From Epiperipatus broadwayi (Eukaryota > Animalia > Onychophora), in the NCBI GenBank assembly GCA_028023455.1, contig JAQFVV010000006.1, positions 18,724,001 through 18,788,000 of the forward strand: a stretch of 64,000 nt of DNA, in the 5' to 3' direction. Positions 14,302-27,176 of this stretch are shown here, in pieces. Within the stretch, counting starts at the first letter, position 1. The number at the start of each line of letters is the position of its first letter. Under the pieces are notes generated by a model that made no database searches, had not been told where the DNA came from, and saw only the letters and a list, made by a program, of their open reading frames with translations. The position numbers and the translations under genes were made by a program.

Positions 14302-14476
14302 AAGCCAATAAATATCACATGATCACCACTGACGAAGGCCACAAGCCAGAAACTAGTCTGGGGATATTGGATGGGTAGGCACTAGATGGGGATTTTATGC
14401 AGAAGCCTTCTGGCATTCATTGATTACTCTTGTTTGCACTAAATGGCACTACTGTATGGAGAGTTTTGCCTGTTTT
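14302..14476 (+). mobile_element. Hammerhead-containing repeat, copy B
   Basis: Short antisense piece followed by a sense segment starting at the ribozyme core. 13-bp TSD aaaaataactatt (14289-14301) / aaaaataaatatt (14477-14489). Confidence 0.85.
14323..14364 (+). ncRNA. Minimal type I hammerhead ribozyme with intact catalytic core
   Basis: tcacca-CTGACGA-aGGCcacaaGCCa-GAAA-CtaG-TC|tgggga. Conserved core, 3-bp stem II, palindromic helix III (ACTAGT), GUC cleavage triplet (cut after 14358), helix I CCA/UGG. The extra A on each side of stem II is non-canonical. Confidence 0.75.
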
Positions 14477-16099
14477 AAAAATAAATATTGTAATATTTTT
14501 TATTACAAACAGTGCTGTAGATCATTTTTTAACTGCTGTAACTCTCAATTACATTGCATTGTTTTATTTTACTAACATGAGCAAAGTGTAGAATGATAAT
14601 AAATATAATGCGGTTGATTATTAAAATATATTTTTTATTTATATATATATATAAGGAGGATATAATCTGAACAATAGAAATTTTTTAATGTTTAATTTCT
14701 AAATTCCATTTTTGATGTATTGAATACCATTTGCCTCTCTATTTCTCTCATCTGTACCTTGACATTAGTCGAAAGTTTGATAATTAAAACATTTATGTTT
14801 TTGATTTTTGCTATACAGAATGCCAAATAAAATTTTTACTAGCTAATTCTCTCCATTTCTCTAGCTATCCCCTTGCATTAATAGAAAGTTTGAAAATTAA
14901 ATTATATTTACATAAAATAATTATCACCTGCACAGAAAATATAACTTTTATTAAATATTTAAAGTGGCTACAAAATTTTAACATCGTCATAATACATGCA
15001 AGTGAGAGATTAGATATGTGGCCAAATGGAATTTAAATAGATTTAAAATATATTTATTCAATAAAATTTTATCTGGATTACCAAAAACTGATATCTCTTC
15101 ATTTTTCTAGTATATATTTCAATATGAAGGCCACAATATCATACTTTTATCATGTGAGAATATATTTATTAAGAAAAATGCTAAAAGTTTCTTTTGCTGA
15201 ACTGATGTCATGCTAAATCAAATGTATATTTAAATCAAATTCATTATTGTAACTGATATAAGTAGTTATTATTCAATGATAAATTAAGTACATGCTTGTA
15301 AATGTAATTGTATTGATTTAAAATATATTTACAAAATCAATCGAACTACATTTTTTATTTAAAAATTGTTTCAACTTTTAATCAATGCCCGCACCCTTTT
15401 TGATTTTTTATAACATCATTCAAAAATGGTTGGGATAGAAATTTTCCATGCACAAAGCTATGCAGGTAAGATTTTATACAAAAAAGGAGAAAATCATGCA
15501 AGATTTTTCTAAGATTGGTGCAATATTTGTTAAGTTGTAAGGCCACAAACAACCAAACTTTCACATTTGTATTGTAATATAGATAAATTATTTGAAAGAT
15601 ATTTCTATAAATTTAGGAATGTCCAGTGAATCTGTGAATAATATTCATCTATTTTTATATAAAAAAAAATGTTTGAAGTTGGATTGTTGATTGAAGGATT
15701 TGAAAATGAATTAAGGAGGAAATTAGAATAGCCTACTCTCTTATCTAATATAATATCAAACATATTTCTTTTATCCACATTCAACAATTAAGCCCAAAGA
15801 TGTGAAAAGATGAATATTTTTTTCACAGATCTTTTGTCATATGTTTATGATATATCTCACAAGGTATTAAAAGCGGACAAAAGCCAACTTTGCATGAGAG
15901 TGGTGTAGTGAAAATCACACTACAGAAATATTAGCAGTATGATTTAATATTTCAGATTATTAATATACAAGTAGAATCATATAATATTCATTTGTTTTTA
16001 ATAAGAACTTGCAAACATGATGAAAATTAAGTATGAAATAAACAATCAGTAGTCCTGTTTTTTAACTAGAATACCTTGAAGACTTGTTAAATCATTAGT

Positions 16100-16222
16100 T
16101 GGTCATCTTCAAAAGCCGCTGAAAAGAGGTCAACGCATTTGCCTTGCAAGCAAGTAGTTGGTTGCAGACGGTTGTGGGTTCGCCTCCCGGTCGATGCTAT
16201 GACATATGAAAAAAAAAAAAAA
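16100..16222 (+). mobile_element. tRNA-derived SINE-like element
   Basis: Anticodon-like stem-loop ttgc-cttgcaa-gcaa, B-box-like GGTTCGCCTCCC (16177-16188), A-rich tail at 16208-16222. Not a complete cloverleaf. Confidence 0.45.
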
Positions 16223-16764
16223 GATGGTTTATTTATTTATTTATTTTAATCAGTTGCAATGACAATAGAAGGCGCTTTAAAGATTTAACATCGCTCCAAC
16301 TTGTTTTGCGTTTTTCATTTCATACATTAATCTACCTAAAATTAATTGTTTTAATATGTGGCCACATTTAAAAAATTAATTATTTGTCTTTATTTTAAAA
16401 TATATATATACCAGATGCACTAATCAGATATACACAGTTATATCTGAAAATGAAGTTGATCTAAATTTAAATTAAAGAACTTTTCCTTCATCTGTTGATT
16501 TTTTTTAAAAATATTATGTTCTTGTTATATTGGATATTTATTTAAAATGTAAATATGATATTTTTATAATTTTAATTGTAAATCATTTAATGCAATCATT
16601 AATGTTTAAACATGATTTATAGCATATGATTTTTTAAAATAGTATTTATCCATTTATGTTTTTGTATTTATGATTAATTATGTTATTTGTGTGAGTCAAT
16701 TGAAATTTTAATCTGATAAGAATATGAGATCTATTTGCCTTTAATATAGTTTGACAATTTTGTT

Positions 16765-18490
16765 TTGCATATCATTATTATTTTCATCCAATATCCACTG
16801 CAGGATGAAAATCTCTCCAAGTTTAATCCAGTTTTTCCAGTCTCTAGCCCCTCTTCTTCACATAATTTTAGCACACTTTCTTATTTCATCCATTCATTTC
16901 ACATAATAGTCTCTTTTTAGGTATTTTACAATATCTTAGAATCCACTTTAAGATTTCAACTGTCCACAACTATATTTCTTGAAGCAGTATAGCCTGCTCA
17001 TTTTCAACTCCAGTCTCTTAATTCTTTCAATTTATGTCAGTAATACCCATTTGTTCTCTCATCCATGTTTTCAATCCCTGCTTGATACTCCTAACGTATA
17101 TCTCTTCTACTTAACCACTAAACACTACATGATCACCATTCTTTATGATTACACAAGCTGTTTATACAAAGGCAAAACTCTCCATACATTAGTGCCACTC
17201 AGTGCAAGCTAGAGTAATTTATGAGGAGCCTTGTATCTGAGAGCACTGCACTTAGATCTTAGGGTCTAATGCAACCCTTCAGCAGCCACCTTTTACCTTA
17301 TTAACTAACTATAAAGCTTTGAGAACAAAATGAAAACACAATAATCTGAACACAGTTCAGCATCCATACTTTTTTTATTACTCTGGCTTGTACTACTATA
17401 TGGACAGATTTGCATCTGTGTAAACAACTTGTGTGAGCATAAAGATTGATGATTATGTGATGTTTAGTGGTTTAATAGCAATCCCACCCTAGAGGATTAT
17501 GCTGTCTGTGGTTATTAAAGAACCAAAGACACTAAAAGATATGGTTGCTGAATTGAGTTCAGATCTATATGATTATACAAACTAATGAGCTTGAATTGAA
17601 AACATTATGGTTTTCATTTTATTGTCAAGCCCTTTATAGTTTGCTAATAAGATAAAAGGTGGCTGCTGAGGGTTGCATTAAATCCTAAAATCTAGATGCA
17701 CTGCTTTGAGATCCAAGCCTTTTCACTGATGAAAATCACAAGCTAGAATCAGCTCTGGGTGATATTGGATGAGTAGGCACTAGATAGAGATTTTATGCAC
17801 AAACCTTCCTACATCCATTGATTTTCTCTGGCTCGCACTGAATGGTGCTTTACTGTATGGAGAGGTCTGTGTCTGTGTATCCTACCTCATTGAGTTGTCT
17901 GAAGTTTATATTACTCTTCTATTAAGTGTCCAAATCTCAGAACCATAAGTATGAACTGGTAAAACCCATTTAGCCTTTTCAAACACATAAGCACATTTCC
18001 TTTGAATATTATTTCTACCAAAAAACTCTATCCAAGTTTAATTTTATAATTACATTAATCCATTATGTTTCTATCTGTTTTATAAATCTGACCAAGATAT
18101 TTATAGTCATTAACTTTTTCTAATTCATCATTATTACTTTTTATTTCCTTCTTTTCAGAAAATCTATTGAACATTACTTTAGACTTTTTAAACATTAATT
18201 CTTATTAAGCGCATGGTCAGCAAATAATACATATACAGCTTTAACCTTACTATTATGTGCCTTGAGCAATCAAGGCGCATAGTAGTAAGGTTAAAGCCTT
18301 ATATGTATTTAGTCTTTTTAGTATTTATTTTTAGTCTTACTTTTTACTTTCTTCTGATAACTCTTGCAACATTTCCGGAAGCTGTGAAGAATTATTTGCC
18401 AAAACAATTACATTTTCTGCAAAATTTAGATGATTTAAATAATCTCCAATTACTTTTATTCCCTTAGCTTTCCATTTTAATCTACAAAGT
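16765..18490 (-). mobile_element. 5'-truncated RTE LINE, interrupted by hammerhead repeat copy C
   Basis: KGIKVIGDYLNHLNFAENVIVLANNSSQLPEMLQEL (RT domain, ORF 18337-18528). 3' end WKNWIKLGEIFILQW plus a tga/taa tail near 16770. Confidence 0.8.
17108..17875. mobile_element. Hammerhead-containing repeat, copy C (antisense part with ribozyme deleted, then ~1.1 sense monomer)
   Basis: Homology to copy A throughout; degenerate motif ctgatgaaaatcacaagctagaatcagctctggg at ~17725-17760. Confidence 0.75.
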
Positions 18491-19329
18491 AAACATGGGT
18501 CTCGTTTTATGCAGTAGATAGGTACCACAGAAAACCTGCATTAAAAAAAATCGCACAAAAATAGACTTAACTTACCTTGAAAAATGGGGGATAGGGGTTG
18601 TAATTTTCAGAATTCACATAAAAGCAAAGCAACAAAGAAAAATTACTTTAAAATTCGCATTAAAAAAATAAGCAAATAAACTATGACTAATAAAAAATTT
18701 CAAATATTTGAAAAAAAATTAACACAAGACAAACTTTTTTTACATTTTTTATTAACTACAGTATTTAATTTTACATTTTTCATACATATTTTAATCATTA
18801 CCTCTAGTGTTCATTTGTAAACCGGTAAGAAATCAGATTCGATGTAATGTGATGTATGGTGGCTTCTCCTTAAACAAAGTCAAGAATCTCTCGGCAATTA
18901 TGCCCAGAGAAACCTGTTAGCCACTTTATTTTTATTCGTGATGAGATCGAAGTGAAAACAAAAAGATTGTACATTATCATTAGAAAGATTATTTTCAGTT
19001 TATAAAATCTTTGTTTTTTATTTTAAAAATCTAAAAGGTTATTTATTTCTGTTATATATAACAAAATATACGTTTTAAAAGTTTAATTTTTTTGAATATT
19101 TATTGCAATGTTTTTATATGTAAGTATAAATCTATTATTATTATTTACTCATTAGTATAAATAGGTTATTTACATAGAAGCAAAAATTCTAAATACAGCT
19201 TCAGGCCATATTCACGTTAGCTGCTAATATAATATTATATTTTTGAAAAAAAAAAAAAAAAGTATTTCAAGTGAAAATAAGTTATTAATAATTTAAATTT
19301 CTTGATATCTAATAAATATAGTGAAATAT

Positions 19330-19900
19330 GAAAGATATTAAGAAGAAACATGAATCGCATAACTTTAAAATCACATTAAAATAATCTGCATAAAACAAGA
19401 CCCAGGTGTACTTCTTTCAAAACTGCTGTAAAAAGTATTGGAAATATAGAGTTAACCTGTCATGCATCCTTCTCACTGTTAATCTTCCTACCAGCACTAT
19501 GTAATCTAATCATTGTTTACATTTTTTTAAGTATTGTTCAGAATATGATAACTCCCTGGGTCTATTAGAATCAAATGTCTTTTCATAATTTACAAATCCA
19601 AAGCATATTCGCAACTTATATCTTTTCTATAACTTCTTTCAATTCTTGAATGTTATCCACTGTGCTAAAAACATTTTAATATCCAACTTCGTTCTTTTGT
19701 TTGATTAAATGAGTTATAATTATCTTGGTAAAAATTTTGTAAGAATTGATAAAAGACTGAATAATTTTTATTAGTCATCCATTAGATTAGATATTATCCA
19801 CTTAATAATATTTCTGTAATGTAATTTTACTATACTGCCCTCTATCAATTTCCATGACTATTGGTTTGCTGATTATTTTTACATTTAGTATTTGATCTGA
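19330..19900 (-). mobile_element. RTE LINE RT remnant
   Basis: FSTVDNIQELKEVIEK..., followed by a frameshifted FVNYEKTFDS (RT domains 2-3). Confidence 0.6.
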
Positions 19901-19949
19901 TTTTTTATAGTAGCATTTTAAGTAGCTACTTTCCATCAAACTGCAGGTA

Positions 19950-21500
19950 AATTTTTTTCTCTGCTTTGTATGGTGGTAGTCTCTTTCTGGGTCACTTATT
20001 TTCCTACAATTTTCACTTTCATGCTTATTGTAATCATCGGGTTTGTGACTGATTTTTCAGCATCGGAAACATTTTACTCATTTGTCTGCTTTAAACTTAA
20101 CTCTGACATTTTATAAATTGTAGCTTGAAGTGGTTTTAGTCTTTTGAAACTTCTGAACTCTCTCACTTGGTCAAGTAGTAGTTCATGAGCTGTTTCATGA
20201 TTTATTGCTTCCTCATAGGTTAGGTATTTTACTGCTAATAATATTTGCTTAAATTAATCATTTATTATCCCATATAACAGTTGCTTGAGAAGAGATTCCT
20301 CTCTGTATTTGTCAAAGCATGGTTTTGCCATCTCTCTTAACCCATGTTAATCTTTTATTTTTTCATTTTCCTCTTGTCTTCTGCCTTTAAAATATAATCG
20401 ATAAATAAACTTGGATGATCATTTAACTTTGTTACAAGTTTATCGTATATCTATGTCTCCAGCAAATCTTTGCACAGTTTTTTAGCTATCTTGATTAGCC
20501 TTTGGCTTGTGAAGCAAAGTAAAGAGGCTACCTTTACTGTATTCTTGGTAATGCTATTTAGTGTAAAGTAATTTTTTTATCCTCTGAACATACAATGGCC
20601 AATCATTTGGATTATCTAAATTCACATTTACCGACTTGTAATGTGCCCACCATTTTCTCTATTAATTCAAATCCAGTTATGACTGTCCTAGTTTGCTGTT
20701 CAGGCAATTACTTAAGATTTGATTCCTATGTAGACTGTGCCAATTTGCTGTGTCCTGTAAGCTGCAAGTAAATAATTGACAAAGGCAATATTGAGATGGT
20801 AAGCTAATAGTTTTATTTTTGACATAAGATCATATTTATAAATGTACATAGCTTATTTAAGGCACATTAAAATAATAACGGCCTGTACATAATAAACTCT
20901 AGTTCTACTTTTGGACTTACAGAGACATATAGACCAGGTTCTGAGGGTTTATATACCCCTCAAAACTTCTATAGTCTTTACAAACTTTACCAAATATGGG
21001 GTTTACATACCTTATCATATATGGTGTTTTTTACAACACACATGCTATTTTTACACCCCTCACCATATATGGCAATTTTTACCATTCTCTGGCTTTTTAA
21101 GGCCAGGTATGCTCTATAACCTAACAACACTGCTACACATTTATTGTTACTCAATTATTTATATAATCATTATATACAATTATTTCACACAATCATTATA
21201 CATTTATTGTTGCCATACACATATGTATTCCTTGCTCGACCTTGAAGAAGACCTAGTTGATGACATCCAAAATATATAAGCACATTTTTTGTAAAGAAAG
21301 TGGACAAATCAATTCCAGGGTATTAACATTGTTATAGTGTGTATTGGCAATTTTATAGTGTATAATTCTACCAAAATAAGCCAAATGGAGGGAATAGAGA
21401 TTTCTTAAGTACACTAGTCCTGCTCATGTGATCTTGTTCCTGAATGCTAGTGCCTGCCTCTTAAATAGATATAGTGAAGAAAATGTCTAATACCACCACA
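19950..21500 (-). mobile_element. Gypsy LTR retrotransposon remnant (gag, possible 5' LTR ~21285-21500)
   Basis: NLDNPNDWPLYVQRI..NYF and REMAKPCFDKYREESLLKQLLYGIIND..KQILLAVKYLTYEEAI resemble Gypsy gag. The candidate LTR starts with TGT on the minus strand at ~21500 (weak). Confidence 0.6.
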
Positions 21501-22176
21501 AACCTATTTTGGAGTTTCGCATCTGAGGGAGATGTCTGAAGTTCTTAGCTTATCATCAATTTTAAAGAAAAAGAAAAGAAAGAAAAATCAGAATGGATTA
21601 AAAAATGATTATTGAAGACAAACTAGCTCTAATCATTGAATTGCCTTTATGAATTAAATGTATAAAAAAGTAAAAAGGGAAACCATTGTGTGTGGGTAAG
21701 CTTACCATAAACTTCCTAAAGACTTCAAGGTTATTTTTCATAAGTTTTTATGTTAAGTACAAATATTTTTTAATTGATCCATATATGTGTGTGAGAGTGT
21801 ATGTGTGATGAAGAGATATTAGTTTATCTTTGATTGGAACACATTTAGTCACCTAGATTTATTTATTTTTTATATATAAATACTATTGTTTACTTAATTT
21901 ACAGGTACATATATATATATCTGCGTAAGGAGTGATATTTTTTTGTTTTGATAAAAACAATTAATTTCTTGGATTTAGATGTTTTTTGTTTTTTTTTTTT
22001 ATTTATTATGTATGTGTTTATATATGTATAGAGATATTTTTTTTCCTGTAAGTCGGAGAAAGGGAGAGGAAACTTTTTATTTATATATTATTTTCTTTTC
22101 ATGTATTTTTTTTAAAACTGTAGTTATTAGTATGAAATATAGCATAAGAAAATTATTGTTAATAAATTATATTAAG

Positions 22177-22250
22177 GTGAAATCTTATAACTTGGTGTTC
22201 AGTTTATCTGCTCGTGAAATCTTATAACTTGGTGTTCAGTTTATCTGCTT
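22177..22250. repeat. 37-bp tandem duplication
   Basis: gtgaaatcttataacttggtgttcagtttatctgct(c/t) x2. Confidence 0.95.
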
Positions 22251-22515
22251 GTCTCATTCCCATACAAATTTAAATTATTAATTTTGTTTTCTTTTCTTTT
22301 TTTTTACTGTATGCCATTTACATTAAGAAATTAAAAGAGTGCTGAGTTTGAAACTGGGATGTGCTCTCAGAAACTGTAGGTTGTTATCTCTATAGGGATC
22401 CTTTTTAGAATAAGCCATAATTAGACATTAATTTATTAATTACACATCAGGACTAATTACCACGTGTGAAAGCAACAATGGAATGGAACAAATGCATAAT
22501 GGGAATAGATGGATT

Positions 22516-22810
22516 AAACCATTAAACATCACGTGATCACCATTTCTTATGCAAGCACATAACTGTTATTAAAACAGGCAAAACTCCATACAGTAGTGCC
22601 ACTTAGTGCCAGCCAGAGTAATCAATGGATGCCAGAAGGCTGCTCTCAGATCCAAGGCTCCTCACTGACAAAGGCCAAAAGTCAGAAACTAGTCTGGAGA
22701 TATTGGATGAGTATGCACTAGATGGGGATTTTATGCATAACCTTCTGGCATCCATTGATTACTCTGGCTGGCACTGAGTGGCACTACTGTATGGAGTTTT
22801 GCTTGTTTTG
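22516..22810. mobile_element. Hammerhead-containing repeat, copy D (antisense then sense)
   Basis: Perfect 11-bp TSD atagatggatt (22505-22515 / 22811-22821). Ribozyme at 22658-22700 with core CTGACAA (G8 lost). Confidence 0.88.
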
Positions 22811-23120
22811 ATAGATGGATTGTGTGCTGATTATGGTGCTATAATTTTAAAGTTATAGATGGCACTCATAATGAATTCAAATTATCATCACATTACGCTT
22901 AGATTGATCTATAGAAAGATGATATAAGAAGAAATTGGGGATATAACCAGTTTTCATTTCAGTTGAAAATCTTTCTTTTTTTTTTTACTTAAACACTCTA
23001 TGCTAGCCCCACAACCTGTATCATGATAGTAAATAGATATGGGTATTTTAAATATATTTTTTTAGATTAATAACATTGTTTTTTTATTGTAATATATTTT
23101 GTATATTGTGGGGTTGAAAA

Positions 23121-23425
23121 TGTATGTCCATCCAACAAGATTTAGAATCTGGGCAAAAGTATCCCGAAATCCAATCATGCCCGAGATATACAGGTCAAGA
23201 GCAATCATGTATTCTAACCTGTTTGCCCATTCCCCAAATCTATAACAATATGGACAACACCTACGGTGATACTACTTAAATTAATTATTTCCGGGCCCGG
23301 TGCTACATCGTTTTGCATGAGAACTCAGCTGATGATGATGATGAAAGATTGAGTTAACCCAAGATATAAGTTAAAAACCTACAGAAATATAAAGATTATT
23401 AAGGAGATTCGAACTACTGGATTAA
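23121..23425. repeat. Interspersed repeat (second copy at 28688-28870) abutting a minus-strand SINE-like piece with a (CAT)n tail
   Basis: tgtatgtccatccaacaagatttagaatctgggcaaaagt... aligns with tgtatgttcgtctaacaagagctagcatctaggcaaaagt...; B-box on the minus strand at ~23406-23415. Confidence 0.55.
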
Positions 23426-26211
23426 GTTTTAAAATTATAAATATTTATTTTGACAAAAATTCAAGAAGATTTTTATATATTTAATCAACTTCACGCATTT
23501 AAACTATTATTTTGGTTACAAATCTTTGATAAACTTAATACAATTATTTTATTTTGATAGATATAAATTTAGTGTGGCATTTACAATACTGAATGTATAT
23601 TTAAAAATAGGTTTTCAATGTTACAAAAACAAATTTATCTGGGAGTTTTGGTGGACGTTTATACATTAAGAAAAACATATATAAAGGTATGACAATAATA
23701 GAGTTTCGCTGTTTGGACAACTTTAATGGGATGCCCTTGGCATTGGATACATAACTTTATTTTCATTTATAGAATTTATTTACAACACTAAAATGAGGCT
23801 ACATTGTGATCAAAATATACTTAAAACATTTATTTATTAAACATTTTCAACATTTAACTAGAAAATATTGTGAAACTCTATCAATATGGGAATTGCTTAT
23901 TCAATAAAAGGGAAGGGCAGCTTCATGAGAGGTTGGATTTAAACTCCAACTAAAAATATTACAAAGAGAAAAATGTTTCATTATTACACATCCTTGCGGT
24001 TTATTCTGTTAAACAGGCTAGAAAACTAACTATAAGAAATTATGGTGCTAATAATAGCCGAATATTTGCAGATCCAGTATATATATATTTTTTGAGGTGC
24101 TTTATCATATTACGGAAGAAAACAGTCTAGCCAACTTGTCACCCCACATTTTGTGGAATCGGTTGACAAAGGGTCCTCGGATGGTGTGCAATGGGCTAAA
24201 CTGCCGGAATTATCCCATGCATTGCTCTCATTATGCAAGTATACATATATATGGTCTAGGGACATTCATCACCCTGTTTACGATCTGAAACGACTTGGGC
24301 ATTCCGATTCACGTCTCTACATAAAGCTTAATAACCTGAAGAGTGGCCTATGCTAACAATGCTTTTATAAGAATATGAAATCATTGAGTTTAAATATTAA
24401 AATAAAGCCTTAAATGGTTTAACAAATACATAATGATATGCTAAAATAATGACCCATGTGAGATAAAGTCATTTATCAAAAGTTAATGCTATAATTAATG
24501 AAGTGTGCATTGCTCCCCCTTCGTGAATCACTATTTTGTTTAACATATATAAAAAAACTAAAATTTGTGCACTTAAAAGTGTGAATAACAAAATAGATTT
24601 AAGTCACCAGCCTTTTTGGCGATGATGATCAATAAAGAACATCATTAAATTAATAAACAAGAATATCCACCCCAGATTGCAAAATATTTATACATCTTGT
24701 ATAAATTTACGATAAAACATTTATTTAAAAGCATGTATTCATTTAAAATACAAACTCAATCTTACAAACTATTTAGATATAAATAATAAGAACTCACTAA
24801 TTCTTTCCCCCCCCTTCTATTTCACAGCGGGATATAGAAGTTCACAAGACTAAGTTTGATTGTCATTTACAAATATATATTAAATAAAAATATAAAAATA
24901 TCATTAAAATAAATTATAACTGCACTAAATTATAAAAAAAGTAAGAAGCGTGAGTTGGATGAAATATTTCATAGTAGTATTAATTTGATAGAAGAGAATC
25001 GATATAAAGAAAATAACTATTAATTTAACATACTCGCTGATTAGGGAATTAAAAGGGATTCAAAATATACAGAAAGCATTAATTTTAAAGAGTTTACAAA
25101 TTAGAATTTAAAAAATACGATTACAATGACTTTGGGCTGGTTACCTCAGCATTCTATGGAATGAAGTATTGACGAATCCTCTGTGGCAGGTGGCATTCTT
25201 TGATGGCACAGGCATTCTTGAGCGCTAGGAGCTACATCTCTGGACAGCAAAGGGTGGAGCTGAAGATGAAGGGGAAGGTGGCTTAAGCCCTTTTTTAAAA
25301 AATCAACCAGATGTGAAGTCGGTTAATGACTATTGACTGAACTCTGACACAATAGATTTTTGGCCCTATTTATACAAACTTTGAGTTATTCAAAGAATGT
25401 TTTTAATTAAACTTCTTACCTCTTAATCAATCTATAATTTACAGAAATATTTTCTGTATTGTTAGTGGAGATGCAATTGTTAGATAACTGTCCAAAAATA
25501 AATTCAAATTAATTTCTAGATTAAAAATAGATTTGATAAAAATGTTAACAGCTAACTAAAATCAATTAGCTTTGTTTTAAATTTTACTTTCATTAACTTA
25601 ATTAAAAAATTCCTTTTAAAATCATATGAATCCCACCCCTTTAATTACTCTTGGACAGTTAATGACTGCATCTTCCATCTTGAATATTTGTGTAATTATA
25701 TGAAGAAAAATATCTATAAAATAAATAACATATAGTTAAGAAAAAAAATACAAAATTATTTACAAGATTTGTTTGTGCTTTTATATATAAAAGCTCCGTT
25801 AATATATGTATATATCTGAGTCTCATCCACAAAAGTTAATCTTCAAAATTAAATAAAAATTTATTTTGAGATTTATATTTATACATTTTTATAGACGCTT
25901 TCAGAAATATATGTATAGTTTATATACCTGTGATGAAAAAAACAGGATGAAACGTGGATTAAGTGGTAGAACAGTGAAGCTCGATCTTGGGCTAAGAGCG
26001 ACTGCTATAATATGTATGTATCTATATGAATATAAAACAGTTCCAGATATATACATTATGTATAAAAGGGAAACATAATAAGAGTTTATATTTAAAATGT
26101 ACAAGCCAGTTAGTTGGCTAAAATTCAAAATCTTAAAGTTTTTTTTTTTTTGAAGTTATAGGAATTAAAAATGATTATAAGCATAAGAAGTGCATTAGTT
26201 CCAGTTTGATT

Positions 26212-26260
26212 GATAAGTCCTCACTGATTAAGGCAAAAACCAGAAATCAATCTGGGGGTG
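26212..26260 (+). repeat. Isolated degenerate fragment of the hammerhead repeat
   Basis: tcctcactgattaaggcaaaaaccagaaatcaatctgggg aligns to the family ribozyme consensus. Confidence 0.55.
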
Positions 26261-26940
26261 TGAATACAATAGCTTTACAAATTGATTAATCAAGCTTACA
26301 GTAGATGGCTCTGGAGCAAAGGCAAATGCTCTTGAAAGCATATAGATAAAAAGTTTTATTGTTTGTAGCATATGATTATTATTTGGATTTAATTTGCTTT
26401 TAGAAGTGGAGAAAATAATGAAACAATGTCACATATTTAATATATTGTTTTACTAAAAATAATTGTCTAACCATAATTTACTTTATACAATTATCTAGTA
26501 TCAGTCATTCTGTCCTGAGTTACTATATAGTAGCATCTCAATACTTATCATACAATTCTGATCAATTTTTTTTAAATTCCCTTGTGTGATCATAAAGACA
26601 AGAATCTCTGCCACCCATTTAAAAGACATTCTTACTTCAATTACTAAAATTATATATGTTGGCACCATTCTCATTAATCTTAAAATCATCTAAATGAATC
26701 CAAATTATGAAAGTTTTGGATGAGCATGCTTCATCTTCATTATTAAAATAATGTGAATTATATGAAGTGAATTGAAACTCATCACCAGAAGTCAAAATGT
26801 TTTGAAGATAAAAAAGTTCTAGACTAGGATTTTTGAGTAATAGAATAGTGTACAGTTATCCGCTAGGTGGAGCTGTACTTAGTAATGATTCAAAAAATAA
26901 CTAATCCTTAAATAATAGAGATAAAAAAATTTTTTTATAC

Positions 26941-27176
26941 TAAATGCTTTTGTTGACTGCACTCTAAAATGAAATAAAATAATTGTTTCTTCAACTACAA
27001 TTGGAGTTTTTAGATTTAATTTGAAATTAAAAGCATGAGGGGGGGGGGAGAATTGAGTTAATTAATTTCTGGATCACCCCCATGCTTTTATTTCAAGTTA
27101 AATCTAAAAACTCCAATTGTGGTTGAAGAAACAATTATTTTATTTCATTTTAGAGCATACTCTATAAAAGCATTTA
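26941..27176. mobile_element. Foldback MITE (~90-bp arms, TA-flanked, possibly Tc1/mariner-type)
   Basis: ctctaaaatgaaataaaataattgtttcttcaac...agcatg is near-perfectly mirrored by catgct...gttgaagaaacaattattttatttcattttagag; outer ends taaatgctttt / aaaagcattta. Confidence 0.8.

Noticed and set aside
15300-15800. Minus-strand ORFs as a piggyBac transposase remnant
   Set aside because: The resemblance was too weak, with no catalytic motifs or TIR/TTAA found.
16100-16200. Functional tRNA gene
   Set aside because: No acceptor stem, an oversized variable region and an A tail: SINE-like instead.
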